From Podarcis melisellensis (Eukaryota): DNA of 64,000 bases. The notes below the pieces were generated by a model. That model was not told the origin of the DNA, made no database searches, and worked only from the letters and a program-made list of their open reading frames with translations. The stretch's first letter is position 1, and the number at the start of each line of letters is the position of its first letter. Location: the NCBI GenBank assembly GCA_964234715.1, contig OZ174286.1. The stretch is one strand, 5' to 3'. This document shows, in pieces, positions 50,643 to 62,966 of the stretch. The position numbers and the translations under genes were made by a program.

Positions 50643-51315
50643 TATACATCAAAGCACACTTCAGCCTTAGCTATTGCAGCACAGATATGTGTGTTCCAAT
50701 TCATGTTATTTTTAAATACAATTCCCAGATAATTGAAATATTTAACTTCTTGTATTAAATATCCTTTGATTATCCATTTTTTTGGGGTTCCCTCTCTTTG
50801 TAAATTGCATAATTTTTGTCTTATCATAGTTAATTTTGAGGTTATTAATAGAGCAAAAGTTTGAGAAACTCTTAGATAATATTTTTAAGCCCAAAGAGGA
50901 AAGTGAGATAATTACCGCATCATCTGCATAAAGTAATAAAAAAAACTGGGATATTGTTTAAATAAGGGATATTAGTGGTTACATTCTGAAGAAATAATGG
51001 GAGGTCAGATAAAAAGAGATCAAATAGGGTAGGGGCCAAGATACAGCCTTCCCTAACTCCTCAGTTATTCAGAATTGGACCTGCAAGTCTACCATCTTTT
51101 GAGACTTTAACATATATTTGGTTACTGGAGTGTAAACTTCATCAAAGCACACCCTAAACCTGCTTCAGAGGGTTGAGGAACAGGGAGGGCAAAGGAGGCT
51201 GCAGGGTGGGGGGACACCCTAAATTTCTGTTAACAGATGCATGTTTCACCTTCAGTTAGTTCTTCCCACATTAGTTTTTCACATGGCTCACTCAATAACT
51301 CAAGCATGTTCCTAC

Positions 51316-51630
51316 CTCTGAGTATTTTCCTCTGTAGCTGCCTAAACTTCGTTCCATCCTGCGCAACCGTTGCAGCAGCTGTTCCTTGGGGAGGCTGTCT
51401 ACATTTCCGGGCAATTCTTCTGCTTCACTTTCCACATCAGATGGTGGATCAAACATGGGACCAGGAGAATCAAAGTCCAGTTTGTTCAGTGAATCTCTTG
51501 AAGAAGTCCGTACTAAAGACTCTTTAGAAGAGGATCGGAACAAAGTTTCCTTTAAGGGGCTTCGAAACAATGATTCCATCGAAGGAACTCGAATCTGAAT
51601 CTTCTGTGCAAAAGACTGGACATCACTAGG
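51316..51630 (-). CDS. GOLGA4: GOLGA4 exon 5 (PSDVQSFAQK...YRGKYSE, 315 nt)
   Basis: Conserved RVPSMESLFRSP...FDPPSD motif; CACAG| acceptor and GAG|GTAGGA donor. Confidence 0.95.
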
Positions 51631-52069
51631 CTGTGAATACACAAGACATTGCCTGAGTTTCTAGACCACATTTTCTTAACACACACCAAACAAAACATAC
51701 TGGCACACATGTAAAGTGTTACACTGCCAGTATAAATTTACCGGTACTTCCAAAAGTAAATACTTTTCTTTGACGCTTAGGAAGTACAAGTACTCCCATC
51801 AGTGTATGAATAAATTTTGATTTATTTATTTATCTAACAAACAGATCATTTCCAGAACTGGTAAAATATAGTTTATATTGAATTGGGCAAGTTTGATGAG
51901 ACAGTAAAATATAAGAGGCATAAAAATAATGTATTTCCTAAGACACTCTGAAGCTCAAGTATCAAGCTATTTGGCTGCCTCTGCTTTAGTACCAAGACAT
52001 TACAGACACAAACGAGAAGTTAGTCAATAGCTACAAAATAAAATAAAATATATATTGTGTGCTACATAC

Positions 52070-52132
52070 CTGTGGGGAAGATGGTTCACTTTCATTATTA
52101 TTAGTGCTGGGTGTTGCTTGCTTAGATACATT
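52070..52132 (-). CDS. GOLGA4: GOLGA4 cassette exon 4 (NVSKQATPSTNNNESEPSSPQ, 63 nt)
   Basis: TTTTAG| acceptor, CAG|GTATGT donor, phase 0/0; resembles the mammalian optional ...NGSEPSxPQ exon. Confidence 0.82.
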
Positions 52133-55100
52133 CTAAAAGTTGAAAAAAATAAACATTTCAGAAAAAAATTAGAACACAATGTCCTAAGTAGCAATTTTAC
52201 AGTATATAAATAATACACATGGCAATCTACTTTTTTTTTAGTAAATTAGTACTTTTACTTTGCAACTGCTTATTAAGATGCATTCATGCGAATTGAAACA
52301 AGCATATTAACCAGAAAGTCTCCCATAATACAGAAGTACAAAGCAATTGTGCTTACATGAATTAGCCCAACAATGAAAAAGTATAGAGAATTTATCATAA
52401 GATGTGTTCCTTATGAAGAATCTCCAAAGCTAATTGACAAGCACAGTTCTGGTCCTGATTCTGAGGTCTCCTGAATGACCAGCAAAATCCCTACACAAAA
52501 ACATTCTACTTCATACAACTTTGGATTATTATCATTCCCTATACAAGTCTTCAGAGATGGCAGGGCAGAACTAAATGGGGGGAAATAAAGTTTGCTGATA
52601 ACAACATCAGTCTTATTTACACAAAAATCCCATTAAAATAACTATGAAGATTAGTACTTACACCTTTTGAATGTTGTAATTTCAACCATTTCTTTGGAAA
52701 ATGCACTTTTAGGGTGAAAAGATGTTCAAAATAAAGCTATTAATGTGATTCCTCTCAAATCCAAACTTATTTTTCAGAGATTATTACAAGTTGCACAGCA
52801 TTCTTCAGATATAAAATGGTTTACTTACTATAATGAACATTTAGCATAAACTATGCAATGTTTTTAGTAGTTCCTATACTACATTTTGCTTAACCATACT
52901 AGCCAAGATCCAAAAAACTATTTTGGGTACGTCCAACGGCTTTTGGAATTTTTTTCATTTATTTGACATCCATCTATCTCACAATTTGCTCTGCAAAGCC
53001 TCCTCGGGTTCAACAGTGTTTGATACAAGGCATGGAGGCTGCTATTTACAGAGCACCAGTCCAATGCCCTCTTCTGCTTTAAACTCACTGGGCCCACACA
53101 TTTAAAAATATTATATTGTCAGAAAAATAAGCAAAACAAAGAGAAATATATTGGGGATTAGAAGCATATTCATTTTAGACCTCTCAGGTCCTTCATCAGA
53201 AATGCAGTCCTTGATTATACTGTCTCTACTGTCCTTTTATTACTGAATATTAAACTTTTTCTCCTACTTTCTTGCTTCTAGCCCCACCCCATTTGTCTTT
53301 TTCCAGACAAACTACAAGCTGTAGCCAGGGTTTGTTCTTTTATCTGACTGAGGAAAACAGTAGACCTGGGTTTGGATGTGATGCTAAGCCAAACCATGGC
53401 TTAATTTTGCGTAGCACAGCAGTAGGAGGACCACAGGAGGAATGGACATGCTGCAATTTCTGCTATAAATACTCACATGCTCACACAATCATGCTCAGTC
53501 AGGGTCTGGCTTAGTGTTAAGTGTGAACTAGCCAATGGAAGCAATCCAGTAGGTTGGTCTCCTATCCGAGACTAACAAAAATGAAAGACAGCTATTATCA
53601 CTAAGATCTGAGAGAAGGATCTGCCTGGAACCACAACACTAAGATCAGAAATAAGCTCCTGCTTGCTCCCACAGCTTGGATTTTGGATCACCGGATGTCA
53701 CATAACATCAGGTAATTGACAGATGGGCAGCCTCTTCCTTCTGTCAATGTGGTCAGCTGAGGGTGAGTTGGTTCTGGATTCGGCCAGCCAGCTGAATCAT
53801 CTTTCTTGTACCTGCCTTATCGTGCTGTGTTCTCAAAAAGTGCCAGGGGGATTCTATTATTCAACACTAATTCAAAACTTACCCAGAACATAAAGCAATG
53901 AGCAACTCACTGAGGTGTAATCAATGCTCCCCGCTTGCTTCAGGACTTTTGTGCATAAACAACGGCATTCTCATACTGAATCAGTCTGCCCTAAACCAGC
54001 TTACTAGTAGATTTGCAAAGGCGACAACAGAGGGGAAGTAAGTGCCACTCCAAACAAGTAGCTCATCTCATCACCAACCACTGCTGGACCCATGTGATTA
54101 CTTAAAGGTACTTCTCACATACAAATTGTAACTCAATTGAACTGGAAATTAAAATAAGGCCATAATCCTAAACATGCTTACTTAAACAACTCTGTCAAAT
54201 ATAATGGTACTTACATCAGAGAAAATCCATTTAGGTTGGGATACTTATGTAATTTAAGAAATCTAAATATGTGGAACAAACCTCACGGTCACACCCCGTC
54301 TGCATGAACTTTGCTTCCTCTGTGGCCCAGCCAATACTTGTTTCCAGTGCCATCCAGGCTGCATAGTTAATTTAGTCCCAGATAGATGCAAGAACTTTAA
54401 TACAAAAAGGAGCTTACAGATTTCATAGTATCAATGGATGTCCCTGGGAGAACGTAATACAGAGTCTACTTACAATTATAAACATTTTTTAAAAAAATTA
54501 AACTGTCTGCTGCAGGTGAAACTAGCTCAACAATGAAAAGGAAAAGCAACTTATGGAAAGCATTTCTCCTCTATTATATATACTTCATTCCAACAGTATG
54601 CAAATACTGTGGATGCTATGTCCAAATGCCATCATAGTGCGTTCTTTTAAGCAATTTGAAGTTAAGTTATAAGAAGGCAAGCTGGCCTGAAATACCAAAC
54701 CTAATTTTGGCCTCATCTGCTTGTTCTAATTGTAAAGGGCACCAACTGAAGATGGTGACATAAGGATTGCAGTGGAATGATTAATTTCCAAGGGAAGTTT
54801 CTATTCTCAGTCACCCATCCTTTCTAACAGGGTCAAAAAAGAAAATGGAACAAATTAGCAAAAGGAACCCTTTGTACATCAGGGAGCAACAATTCCATTT
54901 CTCATGTTCTTACTCTTCATCCTCCTGCTTGTCCTCATTCTGTAACCTCTCTCTGAGCAAGTGCCAAACATATTCTTCACAGAACTAGAGCTAGAAAATA
55001 ATTGTTCCTCAATACTCTCAAGGATACCAGGCAAAAAAATTTTTTTATTAAGATCAGGTGTGTTACTATAAAGAAAAAGGAGATGGCAAAGCTTTTTTAA

Positions 55101-55404
55101 AAATTAAAAGAACCACACACTAAAATTATCACCCATACTACAAAGGTATTTTGTGATTAATGCCTGAAAGCAAAGCAATGTTAATTTATATGTTAAATTA
55201 AGCCGATGTTATCATATAACTTGGTTTGCTTAACTCTTGATTAAGCAAAAATATGCCCTGAATTTTAGTGCAGGGTTAGCAATACGGCACTCAGTATGCT
55301 TTAGTGAGACTATAAACCAAAAGAAGCGCTGGTTTTCCCCTATAATATCTTCTTGTCCAAGTCAGGGTGTCACTATGAGGGACAGAACAGGGGCAGGGAC
55401 TCAC

Positions 55405-55503
55405 CACACTTTCACTCTGTGGCTTATGTCGTTTGGTGGGATCCAAAGCAAAGACAGTATACTCAGAAAGAAAAGCAGGCTCTGAGATCATCCCAGCTAG
55501 CAG
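55405..55503 (-). CDS. GOLGA4: GOLGA4 cassette exon 3 (LLAGMISEPAFLSEYTVFALDPTKRHKPQSESV, 99 nt)
   Basis: CACAG| acceptor, GTG|GTGAGT donor, symmetric phase 0, open frame; recalled from alternative vertebrate GOLGA4 isoforms. Confidence 0.78.
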
Positions 55504-55847
55504 CTGTGTCATTCATTGCAAAAAGCAAGGAAATGAAAAATAAAACATGGTAATAAGGTAAAGGGAAGGAACACAAAAGCATGTTGCAGTTTGAATTCAG
55601 AAATGTTTGTGCATAATGCTTACAAAAACTGCAAAAGTATGTATCACTAGCATCAAGGAAAGTTATTAAGTAGGACACACTGAAAGTGGAACAGAGCACT
55701 CAAACCAAACCAGCCAAGATGTATGCATTTATACAGACATGAGAGAATAAACAACAGAAACTGATAAGCCTTATTTTAGAAATTTTTAAAATGATAATAA
55801 TTGTGTATTGTCAAGTATCATCTGCATATTTAAACATCATCTACATA

Positions 55848-56361
55848 CAGTGGTGCCCCGCAAGACGAATGCCTCGCAAGACGAAAAACCCGCAAGACGA
55901 AAGGGTTTTTCGGTTTTTGCGTGGCTTCGCTAGACGAATTTCCCTATGGGCTTGCTTCGCAAGAAGAAAGCCCATAGGGAAATCTCCGGGGTTTTTTAGA
56001 ATGCTGGCGGGCGGCAGCGCTGCCGCCCGCCAGCATTCTAAAAAACCCCGGGACAGCGAATCCTTCGCTGCCGCCCGCCAGCATTTTAAAAAACCTCGGG
56101 ACAGTGGAGAAGTCCTCTGCTGTCCCGGGGTTTTTTTAAAATGCTGGGGGTGGGTAGAAAAGCCCTTGTCCGCCCCCCCCAGCCTTCAGAAGAGGTCGGG
56201 GGACAGACTGTCCCCGGACCTGGTCTGAAGGCAATTTCCATAGGAACGCATTGATTGATTTTCAATGCATTCCTATGGGAAACCGTGCTTCGCAAGACGA
56301 AAAACTCGCAAGACGAAAGAACTTGCGGAACGAATTAATTTCGTCTTGCGAGGCACCACTG
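55848..56361. mobile_element. Tc1/mariner-type MITE (CAGTGGTGCCCCGCAAGA family, 514 bp)
   Basis: TIRs with TA TSD; ends nearly identical to 33160-34102. Confidence 0.9.
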
Positions 56362-58072
56362 TATATGTCCATGGTCACAATATTTACAAGTCAATACTTA
56401 ATGGGGAAAGAGCTTTGGATTAGAGACTACCACAGCAATAGTCTAAATTATGATTCCAAGAATTCACTAATTATCATCCTTGTTTTAGGAATGTATGACG
56501 AGCGAAGATCTAATTTTTAACATGCACTACCCAATGTATTTTATTCCACTCCAAATTATTTAAATGAATGATGATAGCAGTATAAGCATATACATATCAA
56601 CAGCAGAGAAAAGAGGGAATGCCTCACAATAAATTATAATCGCAGGATTTTTCCTTTACTTCTCTAAACTAGTAAAGTAAGTTGTAAACAAACCTTTCAA
56701 CTATAATATACACAATAACTCAGGAATTATTTTAAAAGTGCATGACAATCGTATAAGTCTGTAAACTAGCTTTAACAAGCTAGTGCACTCCAGATGTGAA
56801 CTACAACTCGTGCCAGCCTCAGACAGCACATCTGTTTGGGGCAGGTGGTAGCGCAAGGCATCCGAAGACCACCAGGTTGGCAAAGGCTATTCTAAACTAC
56901 TGTGGCTATGAGCATTAACGCTGAATGCGCTAACAGATTATGTGTGATCATGCTGAATACTAAATTCAGGCTGACCCCTGCTCTGTGCATTATTCGCCAA
57001 AAGAAATAATATGTCAAGAAGAATAGTGGCTTGCAGAAAAGATGGCAATGCGTCATATGCCAAATTAATAAAGACTTAACTAAAGTCTGCTTGCCAACTT
57101 AATCTGATGGTATCAGACTGCTAGTCACAAAACTGATAAACTGACTCTACTCTAACTAGCAAAAGCTGTCCTTTGCTCTATTCCCTAATAATTATTCAAA
57201 ATCAAGTGTATGAAAGTAAGGTTTGGCAACTTGACTGTCACTCTACAAATGAACAGGAATAAAAGCAGGATAAACAGCAGCCCATGTAAGAAATGAGGAT
57301 TCTTCCTCTCAAACTACACACACTGATCAATCCTGAATCTCCCCTATTCTGTTGCATCCTCCCCTCCAGTGGAGGACTGTAAAGAAAAGAGAATTGGGTA
57401 AAAATTGATTTGCTCCCTTGTTTCAACACCCTGCTCTGTCCCTCCTCCCTAACTCCTCTAAATGTGAAAACATGACTAAGAAAATGTCAACAGCAAGTGG
57501 ATTGTACACTTGCACACTCCATTCTTTCCCAGCTTCCATCCTGGCCCCTAAGAAACAGTGTTAATGAAAAATGCCTTTTTCTCCTCTTCACAAGAAATTA
57601 TTTGTTCAATGGTAAGTAATAAAAAGCCCATAACAGAATTAGTTAATTTCCTTCAGAGTGGTGTGCAATACAGACAGAAATGATAAATATGTACTTGGAA
57701 TAGTCATCCCCTTGAACAAACTAAAGGTACAAAATTAAACAGAAAACAAGCCCCAGATTGTTTTAGGAGCCCCTATACTTCAACCCCTTAACAATGCAAT
57801 CCTATTCTCAAGTTTGGGTGCTCATCATCTTGCATTATGTCTCTTCTTCATTCCAGCAGCACATGGGGGTTGACTAGATGACCCTTGAGGTCCCTCCCAA
57901 CTCTACAAACCTACAATTCTATGATTTGTATGATAGACTTACCCTTTGACGAATATATTTTTAACATGCAATTTTCTGAATGTTTCATAGATTTTCGCTG
58001 TACTGTTTCAACTTTTCCCGTGGTTGATCATTTTGGGGTGCACCCTTTTTCAGGCAACAAGTTTCCACCTAC

Positions 58073-58165
58073 CTCTCTGTTGGGAGTTAAAGTGCCTTCA
58101 TCATTTTGCTCTTCAAGTGAAGATGTTCTACTCCTGGAAGTCGATGGTGAAGATGCAGAGGATCC
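58073..58165 (-). CDS. GOLGA4: GOLGA4 exon 2 (GSSASSPSTSRSRTSS...TPNRE, 93 nt)
   Basis: TGCAG| acceptor, GAG|GTAGGT donor, phase 0/0. Confidence 0.92.
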
Positions 58166-59867
58166 CTGCAAAAGAAGTAACAGAAATGAAGAACTGCTAG
58201 TCCCTACACACAAGCAATCTGACCATATGCAGTGTTACATGCACCCATTAGCTGGGCTACCTGCCACCAAGTTGCAATAACAAGGATTTCAAGATTGTAG
58301 GCCATAACCCTGAAACTGGAATGCCAAACAGACCAAAACTAACTGATCAGCAATTTCATTCAAGAGCAACACAGCAAGTAACAATCTAGATGTATGGGCT
58401 GGTCACCATCCATCCTGTCAAATATTGCCTATGTACCCGCCTATGCTTTAAATTTTCTTTGGAAGCCTTTCTTCAGATGCCCATGGCTTCAGAGGCAAAG
58501 TGAATGGCAATCAGGGACAGGGCCTTCTAGGATTCAGCTTCTGGAATTCTCTCTCCATGATGTAATTTTGGCACCAAGAAAAATACTTTCTCTTTTCTAA
58601 AACCTTTCAAAAATCAGTAAATGCTATTTTAATCTGCCATCATTACCTCCTGCAGCTACACTGTTTTATTCTATATTGTTCTGCTCGTGTTTTTTCTTTT
58701 TATTCAGTCACCACAAGAGAACTGCTAAAACATGGGGCAGAAATTTACTAAAGAAACACAACATGCAGCAGAATAAAGTGGTTATGCGTTATGCTAGTAG
58801 AACTGACTGTACCAGTTCAGACAGCAAGTGGTGATCACATTTTCAATACAATCCTACATGAAAAAAACTCCCTACAAATCAGTACAGTAGCAAAAAGGCC
58901 AACACAAATCTCTTCCTGATGAGCTAATCTTCAAGATTGTGGATGAGATTAATCTTTAAGATATGGACATGCATTCAAAAAAAGTATTCTCCACCAGAAA
59001 CTGATGCAATTTTGTAATCCAGTCTCCCATCTCAGCACTTTAAACACCTCATTATTCTGCATATATAGACCATGTAGTATGCTGCTTAATGTTGCAATGA
59101 AAGTTCAATGAACACAAAAACCTAATTAGTACAAATTTGCTCATAACACTCTGTACCAAGTTTAGATGTACAGTACAAGAAAGCCCCGCCAACTACAACT
59201 CACCAGTGTTCAAATTACAGAAAGGGAGATTTCCTCACCTTTTGGATACAACCTCTTAACTACTTGAAGGGGGGTTGTGATTTGATGAGAATTCAGGGGT
59301 GTCGGGAGCTGAAGCTTGTAGAGTTCAGAGTCCTCTCCCTCCCTCCCACCCCCCACAATAAAGTGATAACTGAGAATTACAGATCACTTGGGGGTAAATG
59401 CTCATGTAACCATCCAATACCAACACTATAAGCACACCCATATTTACTCTTTTATGCCTTTGAACTTAATCATGTGAAACATGTCAATCTGCTCCACAAA
59501 ATCAGTTACAGTTCTGCATATCCTGCTCCACCTTTGCCAGATTCCCAGCAGGGATTGCAGCAACCGGCTCCGCCTCTTTCAAGCACTCACCGCTTCTGCC
59601 ACCAGAGATTATATCAAAAGACATCCTCCGCAATTGTCTATGTAAAAAGAAATTTCTGTGCATTGGATGTTCTGTCTTTGAAGGGCTTGGGGCTGGAACG
59701 AACTCTTTGTACAGCAAAGAACTAACAGAATGAAATATAGTGCTACTAGCTCAGATTTTTAAAATGTAAAAAAAGAAGAAGGTGCAGACAGTGGATGTGC
59801 TGCATTTGGTCTTTTAAGGCATGGACTAGGCACAATTATAATTGTAACCAACAGGGCTTTATATACA

Positions 59868-60253
59868 GTTGAGGGAATTCGGTATGTTTAGCCAGGTGAA
59901 GACAAGACTGACAGGAGACTGAATAACCATCTTCAACTATCTAAAGGGCTGTCACACAGAGGATGGAGAAAGCTTGTCTTCTCTGGCTCTGGAGGCTAGG
60001 ACCCGAACCAATGATATCAAGTTAGAAGAAGGGAAATTCCAACTCAACATCAGGAAGAACTTTCCGACAGTAAGAGCTGTTTGACAGTGGAACAGACTCC
60101 CACCAGAGGTGGTAGACTCTCCGTCCTTGGAGGTTTTTAAGCAGCAGTTGGATGGCCAACGATCATGTATGATCTAGTCGAGACTCCTGCATTGCAGGGG
60201 GCTAGACTAGATGACCCTTGGGGTCCCTTCCAACTTTACAATTCTATGATTCT
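59868..60253 (+). mobile_element. CR1 LINE 3' end
   Basis: ORF2 C-terminal remnant and (ATTCTATG)n tail. Confidence 0.88.
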
Positions 60254-60527
60254 CCCCCTCTCTCTCTCTCTCACACACACACACGGACGTATGTCTATAC
60301 AGATGTTATATGTATATGAATTTGTGTATGTGTATGTAGGTCTCTCTGTGTGTGCATATTTGTGTGTGTATATACTGTACATACACACACAAAAATACAC
60401 ACAGAGAGAGAGAAAGACAGACAGACCCCTTACTACCTGTTAAGTCCAGGCTACAATCCTAAGTAGTATATTCAGGTCCCTCCTGGGGGGACAGGGGGAC
60501 GGACCCCAACTAAATCCAACTAAAACC

Positions 60528-60665
60528 GCTGGGATTGCTCAATTGGTAGAGCATGAGGCTTTTAATCTCAGGGCCGTGGGTTCGAGCCCCCCGTCGGGCA
60601 TGAAGATCCCTGCATCGCAGGGGGCTGGACTAGATGACCCTCGGGGTCCCTTCTAACGCTTCTAA
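60528..60665 (+). mobile_element. tRNA-Lys(UUU)-derived SINE with CR1-type tail
   Basis: 60528-60600 is tRNA-Lys-like (A box, CTTTTAA loop, GTTCGAGCC B box), fused to ...GGACTAGATGACCCTCGGGGTCCCTTC, which is shared with the CR1 3' end. Confidence 0.8.
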
Positions 60666-61219
60666 ATCCTTCCACCCCACCCCCTACCCCTGGTGTCAGA
60701 AACGTTATCAGCTCGGGGTGGGTCACGGAGGCTGCTGTCCTGTGTATGCCGCACCTGCGTGGAAGGAAGTACGGCCGCCCGCACCCAGTAAGGCGAGCGA
60801 AGTGCGCGCAGGATCAGGCCGCAGCGGTGAGAGGCAGCCCTCCTCCTCACGCACACCAACATACAAATGCTCATGTTATCCAACACCATCAGTTTATCTT
60901 ATTCTGCAATTCTTTTTATTATTATTTAAAGCCAGGCAGGGGTCTCGAACTGCCGTTAAGCAATTGGTGAATCTGCAAAGTAACCGCTAGGCTAAGCTGG
61001 CCCCCCTATTCTGCAATTATATAGAGAATATAGAGAAAATTATATAGAGAATATAGAGAAAATGTGACATAATGGGAGAGAGTAAATCACCATAAGCCCA
61101 CCCATATTTACTCTTTTATGTCTTTGAACTTAACCATGTGGAAAGCTAGACGTGTCAATCTGCTCCACAAAACCAGTCGCAGTTCTGCATATCCTGCTCC
61201 AAACAAACAAACAAGCAAA

Positions 61220-61960
61220 CAAGTCGCGGCCCCCGCCTCCCTCAAAGGCAGCGGAGGTCGGGAGGGGGCGGGGAGCGCGCTCCCGCTTGACGTCAGGGGC
61301 ACGCAGGGGGGGGGGAGAGAGAGAGACCCTCTCAGGGCATGAAGAGGAGCCACGCAAGGCCGCCGCCCTCGCCTCACCTGGGCCAGGCCGGAGCCTCGGC
61401 CGCCGGGACTCCGCGTCGCCGCCGCCGCCGGCGCCAGCTGCTCCTCGCTGATCTTCTGCTTCAGCTTCTTGAACATGGCAGCGCGGGAAGAGGAGCTCTG
61501 GGCCGGGCTGAGGCGAAAGGCGAGGGCGCTCGGCCTCTTCCAGGGCCCAGGTGGGGTCGGCCCAGGCCGGTAACGTCTTTCCCCCTCGGGTTTACCTCAC
61601 GGCCGCTGCTCCTCCCTCTCCCCCCCCCCGCTCAAGGCGGCGCGAGGTGGCGGAGGAGGAGGGGCGTAATGGCCGCTGACGCCGCTTTCGCTGACCCTGC
61701 TGCCCACCCCCGCCCCTTCGCTGGGCTCCCTCCGGCGGCAGGTGAGTAAGCAGGGCCAGCGCGCATGCGCGGCCGACGTGGTTCCGAAAGCGTAATGGGG
61801 AGGGGGAGGGTGGAGTGGCTACGGCGAAGGGCGAGGCCCAAATTTCCTCCGGGCGACGTGACAGTTCGATTCGCCTCGGCCGCCGTAAGGTTTGGCAGCT
61901 CGGAAGTGGAATTCCGGCAGGTGGAATGGGGCCTGATCCGGACTTTCCCTTACGCCTGAT
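61220..61960. promoter_or_regulatory. CpG-island promoter of GOLGA4 with NRF1 palindrome (GCGCATGCGC 61761-61770), ETS-like CGGAAGT (61901-61907), YY1-like ATGGCCG (~61669), CRE TGACGTCA (61288-61295) and GC boxes
   Basis: Very high GC/CpG density around exon 1; motifs read directly from the sequence. Confidence 0.8.
61378..61476 (-). CDS. GOLGA4: GOLGA4 exon 1 coding part (MFKKLKQKISEEQ...GLAQ, 99 nt)
   Basis: Kozak GCTGCCATG; donor CAG|GTGAGG; typical golgin-245 N-terminus. Confidence 0.95.
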
Positions 61961-62385
61961 GCATGGGGAGGGATGCTCAGCGCCTGCCATCATGCAGGAC
62001 AACAGTGGCACATGGCTTGGGAAGAGAAAGGAGTTTGATACGGAATGCATTTGGTGTGGGGTGTTTGGGAGAGCGGCAGCCAAACCTAACAGACGCGTAT
62101 TCTTGCTGCCTAACATGAGAAAGGGGCTAAGTCCACGTGTAGGGAAGTTGTTAATGTTTGGTGCTTTCCTGTGTTTGATGCTGGAAGCCGCCCAGAGTGG
62201 CAGGGGCAACAGTCAGATGGGCGGCATATAAATAAATACCATTATTATTATTATTATCATCAATATTTATTACGGTCCAGAGACCCAACAAATCGTTGTT
62301 GTTATTATTATTATTCTCACACCATAAACAATGCAATTGGTAGAGAGGGATCTAAGGTATAAATAATAAATTATTATTATTATTA

Positions 62386-62966
62386 TAAAGATAAAGGGAC
62401 CCCTGACCGTTAGGTCCAGTCGCAGACTCTGGGGTTGCGGCGCTCATCTCGCTTTATTGGCCGAGGGAGCTGGCGGCGTACAGCTTCTGGGTCATGTGGC
62501 CAGCCTGACTAAGCCGCTTCTGGTGAACCAAAGCAGCGCACGGAAACGCTGTTTACCTTCCCACCAGAGTGGTACCTATTTATCTACGGTGGTACCTCTG
62601 GTTGCAAACGGGATCCGTTCTGGAGCCCCGTTCGCAACATGAGCAGAACGCAACCAGCCCGTGCGTGGGTCGCGTTTTGCCACTTCCGCGCATGCACATG
62701 ACGTCATTTTGAGTATCTGCGCGAGCGGCGAAACCCGGAAGCAACCCATTCTGTTACTTCTGGGTTATTGCGGGACACAACCTGAAAAGATTTAACCTGA
62801 AGCAAACGCAACAAGACCGTACTTGGACTTTGACGTGCTTTCGAAGTGCTAGGTGGGCAGGAGCTGGGACCGAACAACAGGAGCTCACCCCGTCACGGGG
62901 ATTGGCAACCTTCTGATCGGCAAGCCCTAGGCTCTGTGGTTTAGACCACAGCACCACCCGCATCCC
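62386..62966 (-). mobile_element. Sauria SINE interrupted by a MITE
   Basis: SINE sequence TATCTA|CTTG is split by an insertion at TA. Confidence 0.88.
62587..62819. mobile_element. Tc1/mariner-type MITE nested in the Sauria SINE (same family as 2341-2593)
   Basis: Left TIR CGGTGGTACCTCTGGTTGC; TA duplicated on both sides; right TIR damaged. Confidence 0.78.

Larger units (their letters stand above)
8790..61476 (-). other. GOLGA4: GOLGA4 gene span (ATG to approximate 3' end); 26 exons, ~2280 aa with all cassettes
   Basis: N-terminus MFKKLKQKISEEQ, long coiled-coil and C-terminal GRIP domain (TEFEYLRKVLFEYMMGRETKTMAKVITTVLKF). All introns are GT-AG and phases are consistent. The 3' end is approximated from the poly(A) signal. 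Confidence 0.96.

Noticed and set aside
53171-53199. Hammerhead-like CTGATGA-GGACC/GGTCT stem on the sense strand
   Set aside because: It lacks the required GAAA core (AAAA instead) and has no clear stems I and III.
60528-60600. tRNA-Lys(UUU) gene
   Set aside because: The acceptor stem has mismatches, there is no oligo-T terminator, and it continues into a CR1-like tail, so it is a SINE head.
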